NCBI GenBank assembly: GCA_913050325.1
Contig: CAJWZP010000006.1
Coordinates: 25,278 to 89,277, forward strand
Length of the DNA: 64,000 nt
Direction: 5' to 3'
Source of the DNA: an uncultured bacterium
Lineage (GTDB): Bacteria > Desulfobacterota_D > UBA1144
Position numbers and translations under genes: made by a program. Below the pieces are notes generated by a model. That model was not told the DNA's origin, did not search any database, and worked only from the letters and a program-made list of their open reading frames with translations. Of the stretch, positions 41,184-51,097 are shown one piece after another (the stretch's first letter is position 1; each line of letters opens with the position of its first letter).

Positions 41184-42449
41184 TTGATTGATTCAAATTT
41201 TTTATATGAAAATATAAAACAAATTTCTGAAAAATTATTAAATAAAGGATATAAACTAGATTCAGAAAAATTTATAAAATTATATGAAAGTAGGAAATCA
41301 ATTATTGGAAAAGTTGAAAATCTTAAGAGTGATCAAAATAAATTTACCAAAAAAATAGCTGTAGAAAAAAGAAAACCAAATCAAGAAGAATTAGAAAGTA
41401 TTAAAAAGTTAATTGAGAAAATAAAAGATATAGAAACTGAAAGAAAAGTTTTTGAGGATGAGTTAAATTCTCTATTACTAGATATACCTAATATATATGA
41501 TGAAAAAGTTCCTATTGGTAAAACAAGTGATGAAAATATTGAAATTAAGAGAGTTGGGAAGATTCCAGTTTTTGATTTTGTTCCTAAAGATCATACTGAA
41601 ATAGGAAAAGATTTAAACTTATTTGATTTAGATACAGCATCAAATATAACAGGTACTAGATTCAATATATATACAGGTCTAGGAGCTAAGCTAGAAAGAG
41701 CCTTAATTAATTTTATGCTCGATGAACACTCAAAAAAAGGTTATAAAGAAATTTTTCCACCTTTTATTTGCAATGAAAAAAGTTTTATTGGAACAGGTAA
41801 CCTTCCAAAATTTAAAGAAGATTTGTTCAAAATTGAAGGAACGAATTATTTTTTAATCCCTACAGCCGAGGTTCCTTTAACAAACATTTTTTCTGATAAA
41901 GTAATAAACGAAGTTGAACTTCCTATTAAGTTAGTTGCATATAGTGCTTGTTTTAGATCAGAAGCCGGATCCTATGGAAAAGATGTTAAGGGGCTTATAA
42001 GGCAGCATCAGTTTAACAAAGTTGAACTTGTAAAATTTAGTAAGCCAGATGAGTCAAATAATGATCATAATGAACTAACTGCCGATGCATGTGATATTCT
42101 TGATAAATTAGGATTACCATACAGAGTGGTCTTACTGTGTAGTGGGGATACCAGTTTTTCATCATCAATAACTTATGATTTAGAAGTATGGCTACCATCT
42201 GAAAACCAATATAGGGAGATATCTTCTTGTTCAAATTTTAAAGATTTTCAATCCAGAAGATCAAATATTAAATTTAAAGGTTCTGGTAAAGCACTATTCC
42301 CACATACATTAAATGGGTCAGGTCTGGCCATTGGAAGGACTTTAGTGGCCATTTTAGAAAATTATCAGCAAAAAGATGGGAGTGTTAAAATTCCTGCTGT
42401 TTTATTCCCTTATATGAACCATTTAAGGCATATAAAAAAAAATAATTAA
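41184..42449 (+). CDS. serS: Serine--tRNA ligase
   Basis: LIPTAEVP, FRSEAGSYG, RQHQFNKVE, REISSCS, HTLNGSGLA. Confidence 0.98.
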   Translation: MIDSNFLYENIKQISEKLLNKGYKLDSEKFIKLYESRKSIIGKVENLKSDQNKFTKKIAVEKRKPNQEELESIKKLIEKIKDIETERKVFEDELNSLLLDIPNIYDEKVPIGKTSDENIEIKRVGKIPVFDFVPKDHTEIGKDLNLFDLDTASNITGTRFNIYTGLGAKLERALINFMLDEHSKKGYKEIFPPFICNEKSFIGTGNLPKFKEDLFKIEGTNYFLIPTAEVPLTNIFSDKVINEVELPIKLVAYSACFRSEAGSYGKDVKGLIRQHQFNKVELVKFSKPDESNNDHNELTADACDILDKLGLPYRVVLLCSGDTSFSSSITYDLEVWLPSENQYREISSCSNFKDFQSRRSNIKFKGSGKALFPHTLNGSGLAIGRTLVAILENYQQKDGSVKIPAVLFPYMNHLRHIKKNN

Positions 42450-42510
42450 TTACATTGTCTTTATATCTTTTTTAGGTAGATTACTAGAAATTATCTTACA
42501 GGAGTTAATT

Positions 42511-42720
42511 ATGAGAACATTAGATGTAATAGTTGCAGTTCTTTTAGTCGTTGGTGGATTAAATTGGGGTCTAGTTGGACTTTTTGATTTTGATCTAGTT
42601 GCTACACTTTTTGGTAGTATTCCAGTTGTACAAAAAACTGTATATGTTGTAGTTGGTCTTTCTGCAGTCTATCAAATTATCGGACTTAAAGGAATTCAGA
42701 CTAGATGGCACGTTAAATAA
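42511..42720 (+). CDS. DUF378 family small membrane protein
   Basis: LLVVGGLNWGLVGLFDFDLVA and YVVVGLSAVY; AGGAG RBS. Confidence 0.9.
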   Translation: MRTLDVIVAVLLVVGGLNWGLVGLFDFDLVATLFGSIPVVQKTVYVVVGLSAVYQIIGLKGIQTRWHVK

Positions 42721-42724
42721 GAAA

Positions 42725-43282
42725 TTATATATTAGTAATTTCTTTCTCTTTGTTATCCGTTTCAGTTTGAATTTGGTTAATAAAATTATCTGTCTGGTCT
42801 TGAATTTTTTTGAGACCAGACTTTTCTTCATCTTCATTAATTTCTTTATTTTTTAGTAATTTTTTTATTTTATCATTAATTTCTTTTCTGATATTTCGAA
42901 TTGAGATTTTATATGTCTCTGACTGTTTATTTAGAAATTTTACTAATTCTTGTCGTCTTTCATTTGTTAATGGAGGAACATTAATCATTATTGTTCCATC
43001 GTCATTATTAGGATTAAAGCCTAAATCAGATTTTTGAATAGCTTTAACAATTTCCTCTGCAATTGAAACATCGTAAGGAGTTAAAATTATAAGCGAGGCT
43101 TCATTTGTATTGATATTAGATAATTGATTTAAAGGTGTCATGGCACCATAATAATCAACTTTTATATCATCAAAAATAGATTTGCTAACCGCACCACCTC
43201 GTATTTTGGAAATTTCTTTTTTAAAAGCATCTAATACTTTTCCCATTTTTTCTGAACAATCATTTATTAAAGTATCTATCAT
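42725..43282 (-). CDS. frr: Ribosome recycling factor
   Basis: VDYYG..TPLNQ, LGFNP, PPLT.ERR, IRNIR; follows pyrH. Confidence 0.96.
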   Translation of the reverse strand: MIDTLINDCSEKMGKVLDAFKKEISKIRGGAVSKSIFDDIKVDYYGAMTPLNQLSNINTNEASLIILTPYDVSIAEEIVKAIQKSDLGFNPNNDDGTIMINVPPLTNERRQELVKFLNKQSETYKISIRNIRKEINDKIKKLLKNKEINEDEEKSGLKKIQDQTDNFINQIQTETDNKEKEITNI

Positions 43283-43286
43283 AACA

Positions 43287-44006
43287 CTAGCTTACTATTG
43301 TTCCTACTTTTTTTCCAAGAATTATTTTTTTTATATTATTCTTTTGAAATAAATTAAATACACAAATAGGTATTTTATTATCCTTACATAAACTTATAGC
43401 TGTAGAATCCATAATTTCTAGTTCTTTTTCAAGAACTTGCATATATTTAAGGGCTTTAAACATCTTTGCATTTTTATATTTATTTGGATCTTTATCATAG
43501 ACGCCATTAACCTTAGTAGCTTTTAAAATTATTTCTGCATTAATTTCTAAGGCTCTTAAAGAAGCTGCAGTATCTGTAGTAAAATATGGATTACCAGTAC
43601 CAGCCGCAAAAATAACTATTCTACCCTTCTCCAAGTGTCTCATAGCTCGTCTTTGAATATAAGGCTCAGCAACTCTATTTAATTCTAAAGCAGATTGAAC
43701 TCTAGTAACTTGGTTATTTTTTTCCAAAAAATGTTGAAGAGCTATTGAATTTATAGCAGTGGCAAGCATTCCCATATAATCTGCGGTTGTTCTATCCATA
43801 CCCTCGGCGGCAGCGGAAACACCTCGGTAAATATTTCCACCTCCAATAACAATTGAAACTTGAACTCCCAATTTTGAAACTTCTGATATTTCTGAAGCTA
43901 TTTGATCTAGAATATTGTTATCTATTCCGTATCCTTGTCTGCCTTGTAAAGCTTCACCGCTAAGTTTTAATAGAATTCTAGAATAAGCAAGCTTGTTACT
44001 CTTCAT
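43287..44006 (-). CDS. pyrH: UMP kinase
   Basis: [32 protein letters not shown]; ATG 44006. Confidence 0.97.
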   Translation of the reverse strand: MKSNKLAYSRILLKLSGEALQGRQGYGIDNNILDQIASEISEVSKLGVQVSIVIGGGNIYRGVSAAAEGMDRTTADYMGMLATAINSIALQHFLEKNNQVTRVQSALELNRVAEPYIQRRAMRHLEKGRIVIFAAGTGNPYFTTDTAASLRALEINAEIILKATKVNGVYDKDPNKYKNAKMFKALKYMQVLEKELEIMDSTAISLCKDNKIPICVFNLFQKNNIKKIILGKKVGTIVS

Positions 44007-44613
44007 TATCCTCAACTTCACCTATTTGGTATCTTGTAAATCGAGCAATATTAATATTTTCACCTAATTTCGCAATTAATTGATTCAACAAATCACTTAT
44101 TTTCAACTTTGAATCTCTTATATAAACTTGATCAAGCAAACAAATCTCTTCGAGTATTTTGTTTAGTTTTCCATCAACCATTTTTTCAGCAACCTCGGGT
44201 GGCTTACCCTGCTCTTCAACTTGTGCTTTAATTATTCGCTTCTCATCTTCTATAAAAGATCCTGGGATATTATCAGATGATACAAATTTAGGTGCAGAAG
44301 CAGCAATTTGCATACAAATTTCTTTTGAAAAATCTTGGAATTCATCATTTCTTGCAACAAAATCAGTTTCGCAATTTACTTCTAAGATTACTCCAATCTT
44401 TCCACCTGCATGAATATAAGAAAAGATTAAGCCTTCGGACGTATCTCTTCCACTTTTCTTATCAACTTTGGACAAACCTTTAATTTTTAAAATTTCAATA
44501 GCTTTATCAATATCACCGTCAGTTTCTTCTAGGGCTTTTTTACAATCTAATAAAGGAGCAGAAGTCTTATTTCTAATTTGTTTTACTAATTCTGCTGAAA
44601 TATTTTTTGACAT
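43996..44613 (-). CDS. tsf: Elongation factor Ts (short form)
   Basis: [28 protein letters not shown] 44613 lies 1 nt after the rpsB stop; the track's extension overlaps rpsB. Confidence 0.96.
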   Translation of the reverse strand: MSKNISAELVKQIRNKTSAPLLDCKKALEETDGDIDKAIEILKIKGLSKVDKKSGRDTSEGLIFSYIHAGGKIGVILEVNCETDFVARNDEFQDFSKEICMQIAASAPKFVSSDNIPGSFIEDEKRIIKAQVEEQGKPPEVAEKMVDGKLNKILEEICLLDQVYIRDSKLKISDLLNQLIAKLGENINIARFTRYQIGEVEDNEE

Positions 44614-44614
44614 T

Positions 44615-45514
44615 TTATGAATCTTGACTCTCAGCCGTATCCTCTTCTGCATAGACGACAGAATCTTGTTCATTTTCTTGTGAATTTGTTTTGAATACAA
44701 AAGCTTTTCTCTCTACTACATAATCAGTTTTATCATCTTTGTCCACAACAACTTCTCCTGATTGAACTTTTTGAGAATATGCATGTTTTCCTTCATCACA
44801 AGCATTTGCAATCTTCTCTACACATAATTTAACAGCTCTTATAGCATCATCGTTACTAGGAATTATATAGTCTGCATCGGCTGGATTAGAATTTGTATCA
44901 ACTATTCCAACAACAGGTATTCCAATCTTTTTTGCTTCTTTAATTGCTATCTCTTCTTTTCTTGTATCAACAACAAACAATGCTGATGGCATTTTCTTCA
45001 TATTTAATATTCCATTCAACAAATATTCTAATTTATCCATTTCTCTATTGAGTGTTATTTGTTCTTTTTTTGGTAAGTTATCCATTTCGCCATCTTCTTT
45101 TAATTTTTTCAACTGAATTAAATAATCAACTCTTGATCTTATTGTATTAAAATTTGTTAGGGTACCGCCTAACCATCGGGAATTAACAAAAGGCATGTCA
45201 CATTTTAATGCTTCTTCTCCTATTATTTCTTGTGCTTGTTTTTTAGTTCCAACGAACAATACTTCTCCACCATTTGAAACAAGATTTTTTACAAAATCGT
45301 ATGCAACCAGAAATGATTTTAATGTTTTTTGAAGATCAATTATATGAATTCCATTTCTCGAACCATAAATATACTCTTTCATAGCAGGATTCCATTGGCT
45401 TGATTGATGGCCAAAATGTACACCAGCTTCCAAAAGTTGCTTCATGGAAATTACACCCTCTTCAACTGTTTCAGTCTTAGCTTCTGTTTCTGATGTTTCG
45501 GTAATATCACTCAT
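44615..45514 (-). CDS. rpsB: 30S ribosomal protein S2
   Basis: [32 protein letters not shown]; ATG 45514 preferred. Confidence 0.97.
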   Translation of the reverse strand: MSDITETSETEAKTETVEEGVISMKQLLEAGVHFGHQSSQWNPAMKEYIYGSRNGIHIIDLQKTLKSFLVAYDFVKNLVSNGGEVLFVGTKKQAQEIIGEEALKCDMPFVNSRWLGGTLTNFNTIRSRVDYLIQLKKLKEDGEMDNLPKKEQITLNREMDKLEYLLNGILNMKKMPSALFVVDTRKEEIAIKEAKKIGIPVVGIVDTNSNPADADYIIPSNDDAIRAVKLCVEKIANACDEGKHAYSQKVQSGEVVVDKDDKTDYVVERKAFVFKTNSQENEQDSVVYAEEDTAESQDS

Positions 45515-45626
45515 AATGTTAGCTGAAAAGTTAACACAAAAAACTTTAAAATCAAATATGCAAAATACATATTTTAATAGCATTATGAAATTAATGATTT
45601 AATATATTATCTTTATAATTAAATTA

Positions 45627-45709
45627 GGAGGGCTGGCAGAATTGGCAATGCACCGGTCTTGAAAACCGGCGTCCTCACGGACTTCAGGGTTCGAGTCCCT
45701 GGCCCTCCG
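45627..45709 (+). tRNA. tRNA-Ser(TGA)
   Basis: Acceptor GGAGGGC/GCCCTCC, anticodon arm CCGGT-CTTGAAA-ACCGG, long variable arm, TTCGAGT loop; no encoded CCA. Confidence 0.96.
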
Positions 45710-45716
45710 TTTAGAT

Positions 45717-46547
45717 ATGAGTTTTTACATAGTTTCTACACCAATAGGTAATTTGGAAGACCTTTCTGAAAGATCAATTAGAATCCTTAGAGAAAGTGAT
45801 ATCATTCTTTGTGAGAAAAAAGTAAGAGCTTTAAAGCTTATTTCTTATTTAAGAATTAAGAATGTGAAACTTGTGCCTTATCACGATTCAAAATCGGAAA
45901 AAATATTTAATTTAATTCATAAAGAATTGAATAATTCGAAGAACATATCTTTAATTTCTGATGCTGGAACTCCTTTAATTTCTGATCCAGGTAATAAATT
46001 AGTCAAAAAACTAATTGAAAACAATTTTGATCCAATTGTAATACCTGGACCATCATCAATAATATCTTCTCTTGTTATATCGGGATTAGATATAGGTAAA
46101 TTTATCTTTTATGGGTTTTTACCAAAATCAAAAAATAAAATAGAAAAAGAGCTTCTTAAATATCTGGATTTACAAATACCAGTATTGTTCTTTGTTAGTA
46201 AAAACGATATGAAAAAGGTATATAATATTTTAAAAGATTATCCTAAAAATATTTTTTATTCTTTATCGAAAGAAATTACGAAGAAAAATGAGAAAACATT
46301 AAGAGGGAAAATTAATGACCTCTCTGAAAAAAAACTTTTTAATTTTATTGAAAAAGGTGAATTAATATTAATTCTAAATTTAAAATATTTTCAAGAGGTT
46401 GATGAAAAAATTATAAGAGAAGAAATTAAACTACATAAGATGGAAAAGATATCAAAAAAAGATGTAGCTTATAAAATTAGAGAAAAATTCCAAATAAAAA
46501 AAAATTTATCTTATGAGCTAACTATAAAATACTGGGATGAGAATTAA
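45717..46547 (+). CDS. rsmI: 16S rRNA C1402 2'-O-methyltransferase
   Basis: TPIGNLED, SDAGTPLISDPG, IPGPS, GFLP, KEITK, KGE. Confidence 0.95.
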   Translation: MSFYIVSTPIGNLEDLSERSIRILRESDIILCEKKVRALKLISYLRIKNVKLVPYHDSKSEKIFNLIHKELNNSKNISLISDAGTPLISDPGNKLVKKLIENNFDPIVIPGPSSIISSLVISGLDIGKFIFYGFLPKSKNKIEKELLKYLDLQIPVLFFVSKNDMKKVYNILKDYPKNIFYSLSKEITKKNEKTLRGKINDLSEKKLFNFIEKGELILILNLKYFQEVDEKIIREEIKLHKMEKISKKDVAYKIREKFQIKKNLSYELTIKYWDEN

Positions 46548-47991
46548 AACCTACTTCTTTTTCAATTGAATATGCAATTTTAAGTAGTTTTTCTTCATCT
46601 AATTTTTGCGATGTGAGCTGTAATCCTAGAGGAAGATTATTCTTACTAAGAGATATTGGAATTGATATTGAGGGTAATTGAGCTAGATTTGCAGGAATAG
46701 TAAGTATATCTGATAAGTACATTTTCAGTGGGTCATTAACTTTCTCTCCAACTTTAAACGGCAATTCAGGACAAGTTGGTGAAATTACACAATCAACATC
46801 ATTGAAAGCAATATTGAAATCATTAGTTATCAATTTCTTTGCATGAACTGCTTTTAAATAATAAGCATCATAATATCCTGAAGATAAAGCATATGTTCCC
46901 AACATAATTCTTCTTTTAACTTCATTTCCAAATCCTTTAGATCTATTATTAATATAAACCTCTTCTAAATCTTTCGGATCAAGATTTTTATCTGAATATC
47001 CATATCTAATACCATCAAATCTAGACAAATTAGAGCTGGCTTCACAAGGTGCAATAATATAATAAGTAGCTACGGAGAATTTAGCATTTGGAATCTTAAT
47101 ATCTATTATCTTACAACCTAAATTTTCCAAGTTTTTAATCAAATTTTCAAAATTAGTCCTTATCTCATCATCTAACCCTGTTTCAAGTAAATCATATGGC
47201 ACACCAATCTTAAAATCTTTCAATGAATATTTATCATTAACTAGAGACTCATATATTGTTGTAGGTGGTAAATTTATCGATGTTGAATCTTTGGGATCAA
47301 ATCCAGATATAGAATCTAAAACAATTGCTGAATCCTTAACATTTTGAGTGATTGGTCCCGCTTGATCTAAAGATGAAGAAAAAGCTATCATTCCAAATCT
47401 ACTTACTCTTCCATAAGATGGCTTTAAGCCAACTACTCCACAAAATGAAGCTGGTTGTCTAATTGAACCTCCTGTATCAGTTCCGACTGAAAAACATGAT
47501 GTTCCAGCAGAAACACTAGCAGCTGAACCACCACTTGATCCTCCAGGAACTCTGGATAAGTCCCAAGGGTTAAAAGTTGGACCAAAGAATGAAGTTTCAG
47601 TAGATGATCCCATAGCAAATTCATCCATATTGTTTTTTCCTATAATTAAAGAACTCTGAACATTTAATCTTTCATATACTGTAGAATCATAATTTGATAT
47701 ATAATCTTTTAACATTTTTGAGCCGCAAGAACATTTATAATTTTTAACAAGAAAAATATCTTTTAGTGATAGCGGAATTCCAAACAACAAAGATTTTTTA
47801 AGTTTATCTGAACCCAATTGGTCATCAAGCTTCTTGGCATTATCTTTTAAATCTTCTCTAAATATTTCAACAAAAGAATTAATTTTTGCTTCATTCTTAT
47901 CAATATCTTTTAGGTATTCTTTTACGACCTCAGATGGACAGAAATCTTTATTCAAATAACCCAGATGAATTTCTTCAATAGTTTTAAACAT
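46522..47991 (-). CDS. gatA: Asp/Glu-tRNA amidotransferase subunit A
   Basis: DEFAMGSS, PGGSSGGSAA, GTDTGGSIRQPA, EVKRRIMLG. Confidence 0.98.
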   Translation of the reverse strand: MFKTIEEIHLGYLNKDFCPSEVVKEYLKDIDKNEAKINSFVEIFREDLKDNAKKLDDQLGSDKLKKSLLFGIPLSLKDIFLVKNYKCSCGSKMLKDYISNYDSTVYERLNVQSSLIIGKNNMDEFAMGSSTETSFFGPTFNPWDLSRVPGGSSGGSAASVSAGTSCFSVGTDTGGSIRQPASFCGVVGLKPSYGRVSRFGMIAFSSSLDQAGPITQNVKDSAIVLDSISGFDPKDSTSINLPPTTIYESLVNDKYSLKDFKIGVPYDLLETGLDDEIRTNFENLIKNLENLGCKIIDIKIPNAKFSVATYYIIAPCEASSNLSRFDGIRYGYSDKNLDPKDLEEVYINNRSKGFGNEVKRRIMLGTYALSSGYYDAYYLKAVHAKKLITNDFNIAFNDVDCVISPTCPELPFKVGEKVNDPLKMYLSDILTIPANLAQLPSISIPISLSKNNLPLGLQLTSQKLDEEKLLKIAYSIEKEVGFNSHPSIL

Positions 47992-47996
47992 TATTT

Positions 47997-48290
47997 TTAT
48001 TCCTCATCTTCAATTACTTTTTTTACCGAAAAGAATTTATCTTCCTTATTATTAGCATTTAATAAAACCTGATCATTTGTAAGCTTTATAACCTCAGTAT
48101 CATCTCTCATTGAATAATCTTTGTTAAAATCATCTACATTTACTTTAGTATCAATACTTACACTATCTAAAAGATCTATATATTCTACAATTTCTTTGAA
48201 ATTTTTAATAAAAATATCTAAGTCATTATCTTTTATATCAAGCTTAGAAAGGTTTGAAATTTTTAGAACTAATTCTTTATCTACTGACAT
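47997..48290 (-). CDS. gatC: Asp/Glu-tRNA amidotransferase subunit C
   Basis: 97 aa immediately upstream of gatA; LSKL, MRDD, LNA...FF.V.KV. Confidence 0.88.
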   Translation of the reverse strand: MSVDKELVLKISNLSKLDIKDNDLDIFIKNFKEIVEYIDLLDSVSIDTKVNVDDFNKDYSMRDDTEVIKLTNDQVLLNANNKEDKFFSVKKVIEDEE

Positions 48291-48301
48291 TTATCACTCC
48301 T

Positions 48302-49246
48302 TTAAGTTTTATGAATTATAAAATCTAAAATATTTTTTTCTAGATTAACTTTATTGGCTCTATTTATCTCCTGAACACATGTAGGGCTAGTTATATTAAT
48401 TTCTGTTAAATATTTACCAATTATATCAATCCCTGCAAGATATATACCATTTTTAATTATAAAGGTCTTAATTCTTTTACATATTCTTAAATCATCATCA
48501 GTAATTTCTGTTTTATGTGGAGTACCACCGGAATGAAAATTACATATAAAACTATCTTTTGAAGATTTTCTAAGAATGGCTCCTATCGGTTCACCATCTA
48601 ATAATATTACTCTTTTATCACCGTATTTAACTTCACTTATAAACTCTTGTAGGATATATGTTTCATTTGGATTCAAATATACTTTTTCTTTTTGATTAAA
48701 AGTAAATTTTTGAATTCCTTCACCGCCACATAAATTTAATGGCTTGATGACAATCCCCAGTTTACAATTTTTTGCCCATTGATTTATAAATTCAAGATCG
48801 GAACCTAAGCATAATGAGGTATTTGGAACAATATCTTCAAATTGTAATGTTGATAATTTTTCATTAAAAGCTCTTAATGATGAAGGATTGTTCACTACTA
48901 AAGAATCACTTTTGACCATATCTAAAATATACGTGGCTCTAATATATTCATCATCTACAGGAGGATCTTTTCTCATGAAAATGACATCAAAATATTTTAG
49001 TTCAATATTTTTATCCATAGATTTAATTGAAAAAATTTCATTATCATTTGAATATTGGAATACATTAAGATTGAAAGCTTTTGATACATGGGCAATCTTT
49101 TGATTTATAAATAAATCTTTTTGATTACAATAATAAACACTTATATCTCTTTTAAAGGCTTCAAGCATTAAAATATAAGAGGTGTCTTTATTTGGAATCA
49201 CTTCTTCAATAGGATCCATTATAAAAAGAAATTTTTTCTTTTTCAT
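48302..49246 (-). CDS. gshB: Glutathione synthetase
   Basis: FIMDP...KDTS, MRKDPP, NEKL, GDKR, EINITSPT. Confidence 0.95.
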   Translation of the reverse strand: MKKKKFLFIMDPIEEVIPNKDTSYILMLEAFKRDISVYYCNQKDLFINQKIAHVSKAFNLNVFQYSNDNEIFSIKSMDKNIELKYFDVIFMRKDPPVDDEYIRATYILDMVKSDSLVVNNPSSLRAFNEKLSTLQFEDIVPNTSLCLGSDLEFINQWAKNCKLGIVIKPLNLCGGEGIQKFTFNQKEKVYLNPNETYILQEFISEVKYGDKRVILLDGEPIGAILRKSSKDSFICNFHSGGTPHKTEITDDDLRICKRIKTFIIKNGIYLAGIDIIGKYLTEINITSPTCVQEINRANKVNLEKNILDFIIHKT

Positions 49247-49248
49247 AA

Positions 49249-50322
49249 TTAAAGCATCCTAAAAAATAAATCAAAATATTTATAAGAATCATGCGGTCCT
49301 GGTGAAGCTTCAGGATGATATTGAAGAGAAAAACAATTATATTTTTCAGATTTTATACCTTCGACAGTATTATCATTTAAATTTATATGAGTAACATCAA
49401 CATTGTTTACTTTTTTATCTAAAACAGCAAATCCATGGTTTTGACTTGTTATTTCAACTTTTCCAGTTTCGTAATTTAAAACCGGATGATTTGCACCTCT
49501 ATGGCCAAATTTAAGTTTAAAAGTTTCAAATCCTAATGAAAGTGATAATATTTGGTGTCCTAAACATATACCAAAAATAGGTTTATAACCTAATAAACTT
49601 TTTATATTATTAATCGCATATTTTGAAGCTGAAGGATCTCCTGGACCATTTGAAAGCAATATACCATCTGGATTAATTTGTTTTACTGTTTCAGGATCAG
49701 TATCACATGGTCCTACAATAACATTTAACCCAAAATCCTCATTCATAATTTTCAGTATATTTTTCTTACAGCCAAAATCATAAACAAATATAGTTTTCTT
49801 ATCTTTTTTACCGGTTAGCTTATAAATTTCTTTACATGAAACATTATAAGTTAAATCTGAACCCTTCATATCTGCGATATCAAAAATCTTTTTCCTCATA
49901 TCATCTACGTTTTCATATTCTGATGTTATAAGACACTTCTGTGATCCATCATTTCTAATAATTTTTGTTAACTTCCTAGTATCAATCATATGAATTCCTA
50001 CTATTTTATTTTCTTTTAAATATTCATTTAGGCTTTTAGTGGATTCATGATTTGAAGGATATTCACAAAAATCTCTCGCAATTAAACCTTTTGCAGACGT
50101 TTTACTAGATTCATTATCATTAAAATTTGTACCATAATTCCCTATATGAGGGTATGTCATCAATACAATTTGAGAATCATAGGAAGGATCTGTCAAAATT
50201 TCTTGATAACCTGTCATTGATGTATTAAATACAATTTCAGCTGATGCCTCACCATGATATCCAAACGATTCTCCTTCAAAAATCATTCCATTTTCTAGAT
50301 ATAATATTGATTTATTATTCAT
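49249..50322 (-). CDS. carA: Carbamoyl-phosphate synthase small subunit
   Basis: FNTSMTGYQE.LTDPSY, LSNGPGDP, GICLGHQ, QYHPEASPGPHD; ATG 50322. Confidence 0.97.
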   Translation of the reverse strand: MNNKSILYLENGMIFEGESFGYHGEASAEIVFNTSMTGYQEILTDPSYDSQIVLMTYPHIGNYGTNFNDNESSKTSAKGLIARDFCEYPSNHESTKSLNEYLKENKIVGIHMIDTRKLTKIIRNDGSQKCLITSEYENVDDMRKKIFDIADMKGSDLTYNVSCKEIYKLTGKKDKKTIFVYDFGCKKNILKIMNEDFGLNVIVGPCDTDPETVKQINPDGILLSNGPGDPSASKYAINNIKSLLGYKPIFGICLGHQILSLSLGFETFKLKFGHRGANHPVLNYETGKVEITSQNHGFAVLDKKVNNVDVTHINLNDNTVEGIKSEKYNCFSLQYHPEASPGPHDSYKYFDLFFRML

Positions 50323-50380
50323 TTTTTTAAAAAAAACTATTACAAATTTGTGAAACAATTATAACAGATTAAAATACAGT

Positions 50381-51097
50381 ATGGCTTTAAGAAAATTTCA
50401 AAATTTTTTAAAAAACATAGAAAGTGATATTTTTAGAATTAATTATTATCCAAATAGTGATTTAAAGTCTTACCACTTGAAGTACTGGCTAACCTTTATA
50501 GTTAATTTATATTTAAAATTTTACCATCGTGTTGATGTTACCAATCCAGAGTATATACCAAAATTAGGTGCGGGAGTTATCGCATCTAATCACATGTCAC
50601 ATTTAGACGGAATAATAATTAATGCTGTAACAGCATATCATACTAGAAGAAAAATAAATTTTCTCGCGGCTGAGGATGTTTATAATAAAAACTTTTTGTT
50701 TAGATTTCTATGTGATTTAGGTAATACTATTCCCGTTCAAAGATCAACTAGTGATAGAGTTGCTTTATTAAAAGTAATAAAACTTTTAAAAAAAGATAAT
50801 CTGGTAGGTTTATTCCCAGAAGGTCAAAGATCTAGAGATGGAAAAATCGGTGAAGGTAAGATGGGTGTTGCAATTATGGCATTAAAAACAGGCACTCCAA
50901 TTATTCCATTAGCAATCAATGGAACATTTCAAGCATTTCCAAGAAAAACAAAAATGATTAAGCCTGAAAAAGTAAAACTAAAGTTTGGCAGTCCTCTTAA
51001 ATTTTCAATTGAAAAGAAGCCTGATAAAAAAAGAATTGAAGATGTTACTAAGCAAATAATGAACGAAATCAAAAAACTATATAATGATATCAATTAA
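50381..51097 (+). CDS. 1-acyl-sn-glycerol-3-phosphate acyltransferase (PlsC family)
   Basis: NHMSHLD (NHxxxxD), FPEG.RS and PIIP. Confidence 0.92.
   Translation: MALRKFQNFLKNIESDIFRINYYPNSDLKSYHLKYWLTFIVNLYLKFYHRVDVTNPEYIPKLGAGVIASNHMSHLDGIIINAVTAYHTRRKINFLAAEDVYNKNFLFRFLCDLGNTIPVQRSTSDRVALLKVIKLLKKDNLVGLFPEGQRSRDGKIGEGKMGVAIMALKTGTPIIPLAINGTFQAFPRKTKMIKPEKVKLKFGSPLKFSIEKKPDKKRIEDVTKQIMNEIKKLYNDIN

Noticed and set aside
44614-44700. Long tsf start, and the similar extensions of rpsB, carA, the aminotransferase and the YgjP-like gene
   Set aside because: The extensions overlap neighbouring genes or promoters and precede the family-typical N-termini.
26677-45709. tRNA genes as integration sites
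   Set aside because: No duplicated tRNA 3' ends and no integrase seen in the window.
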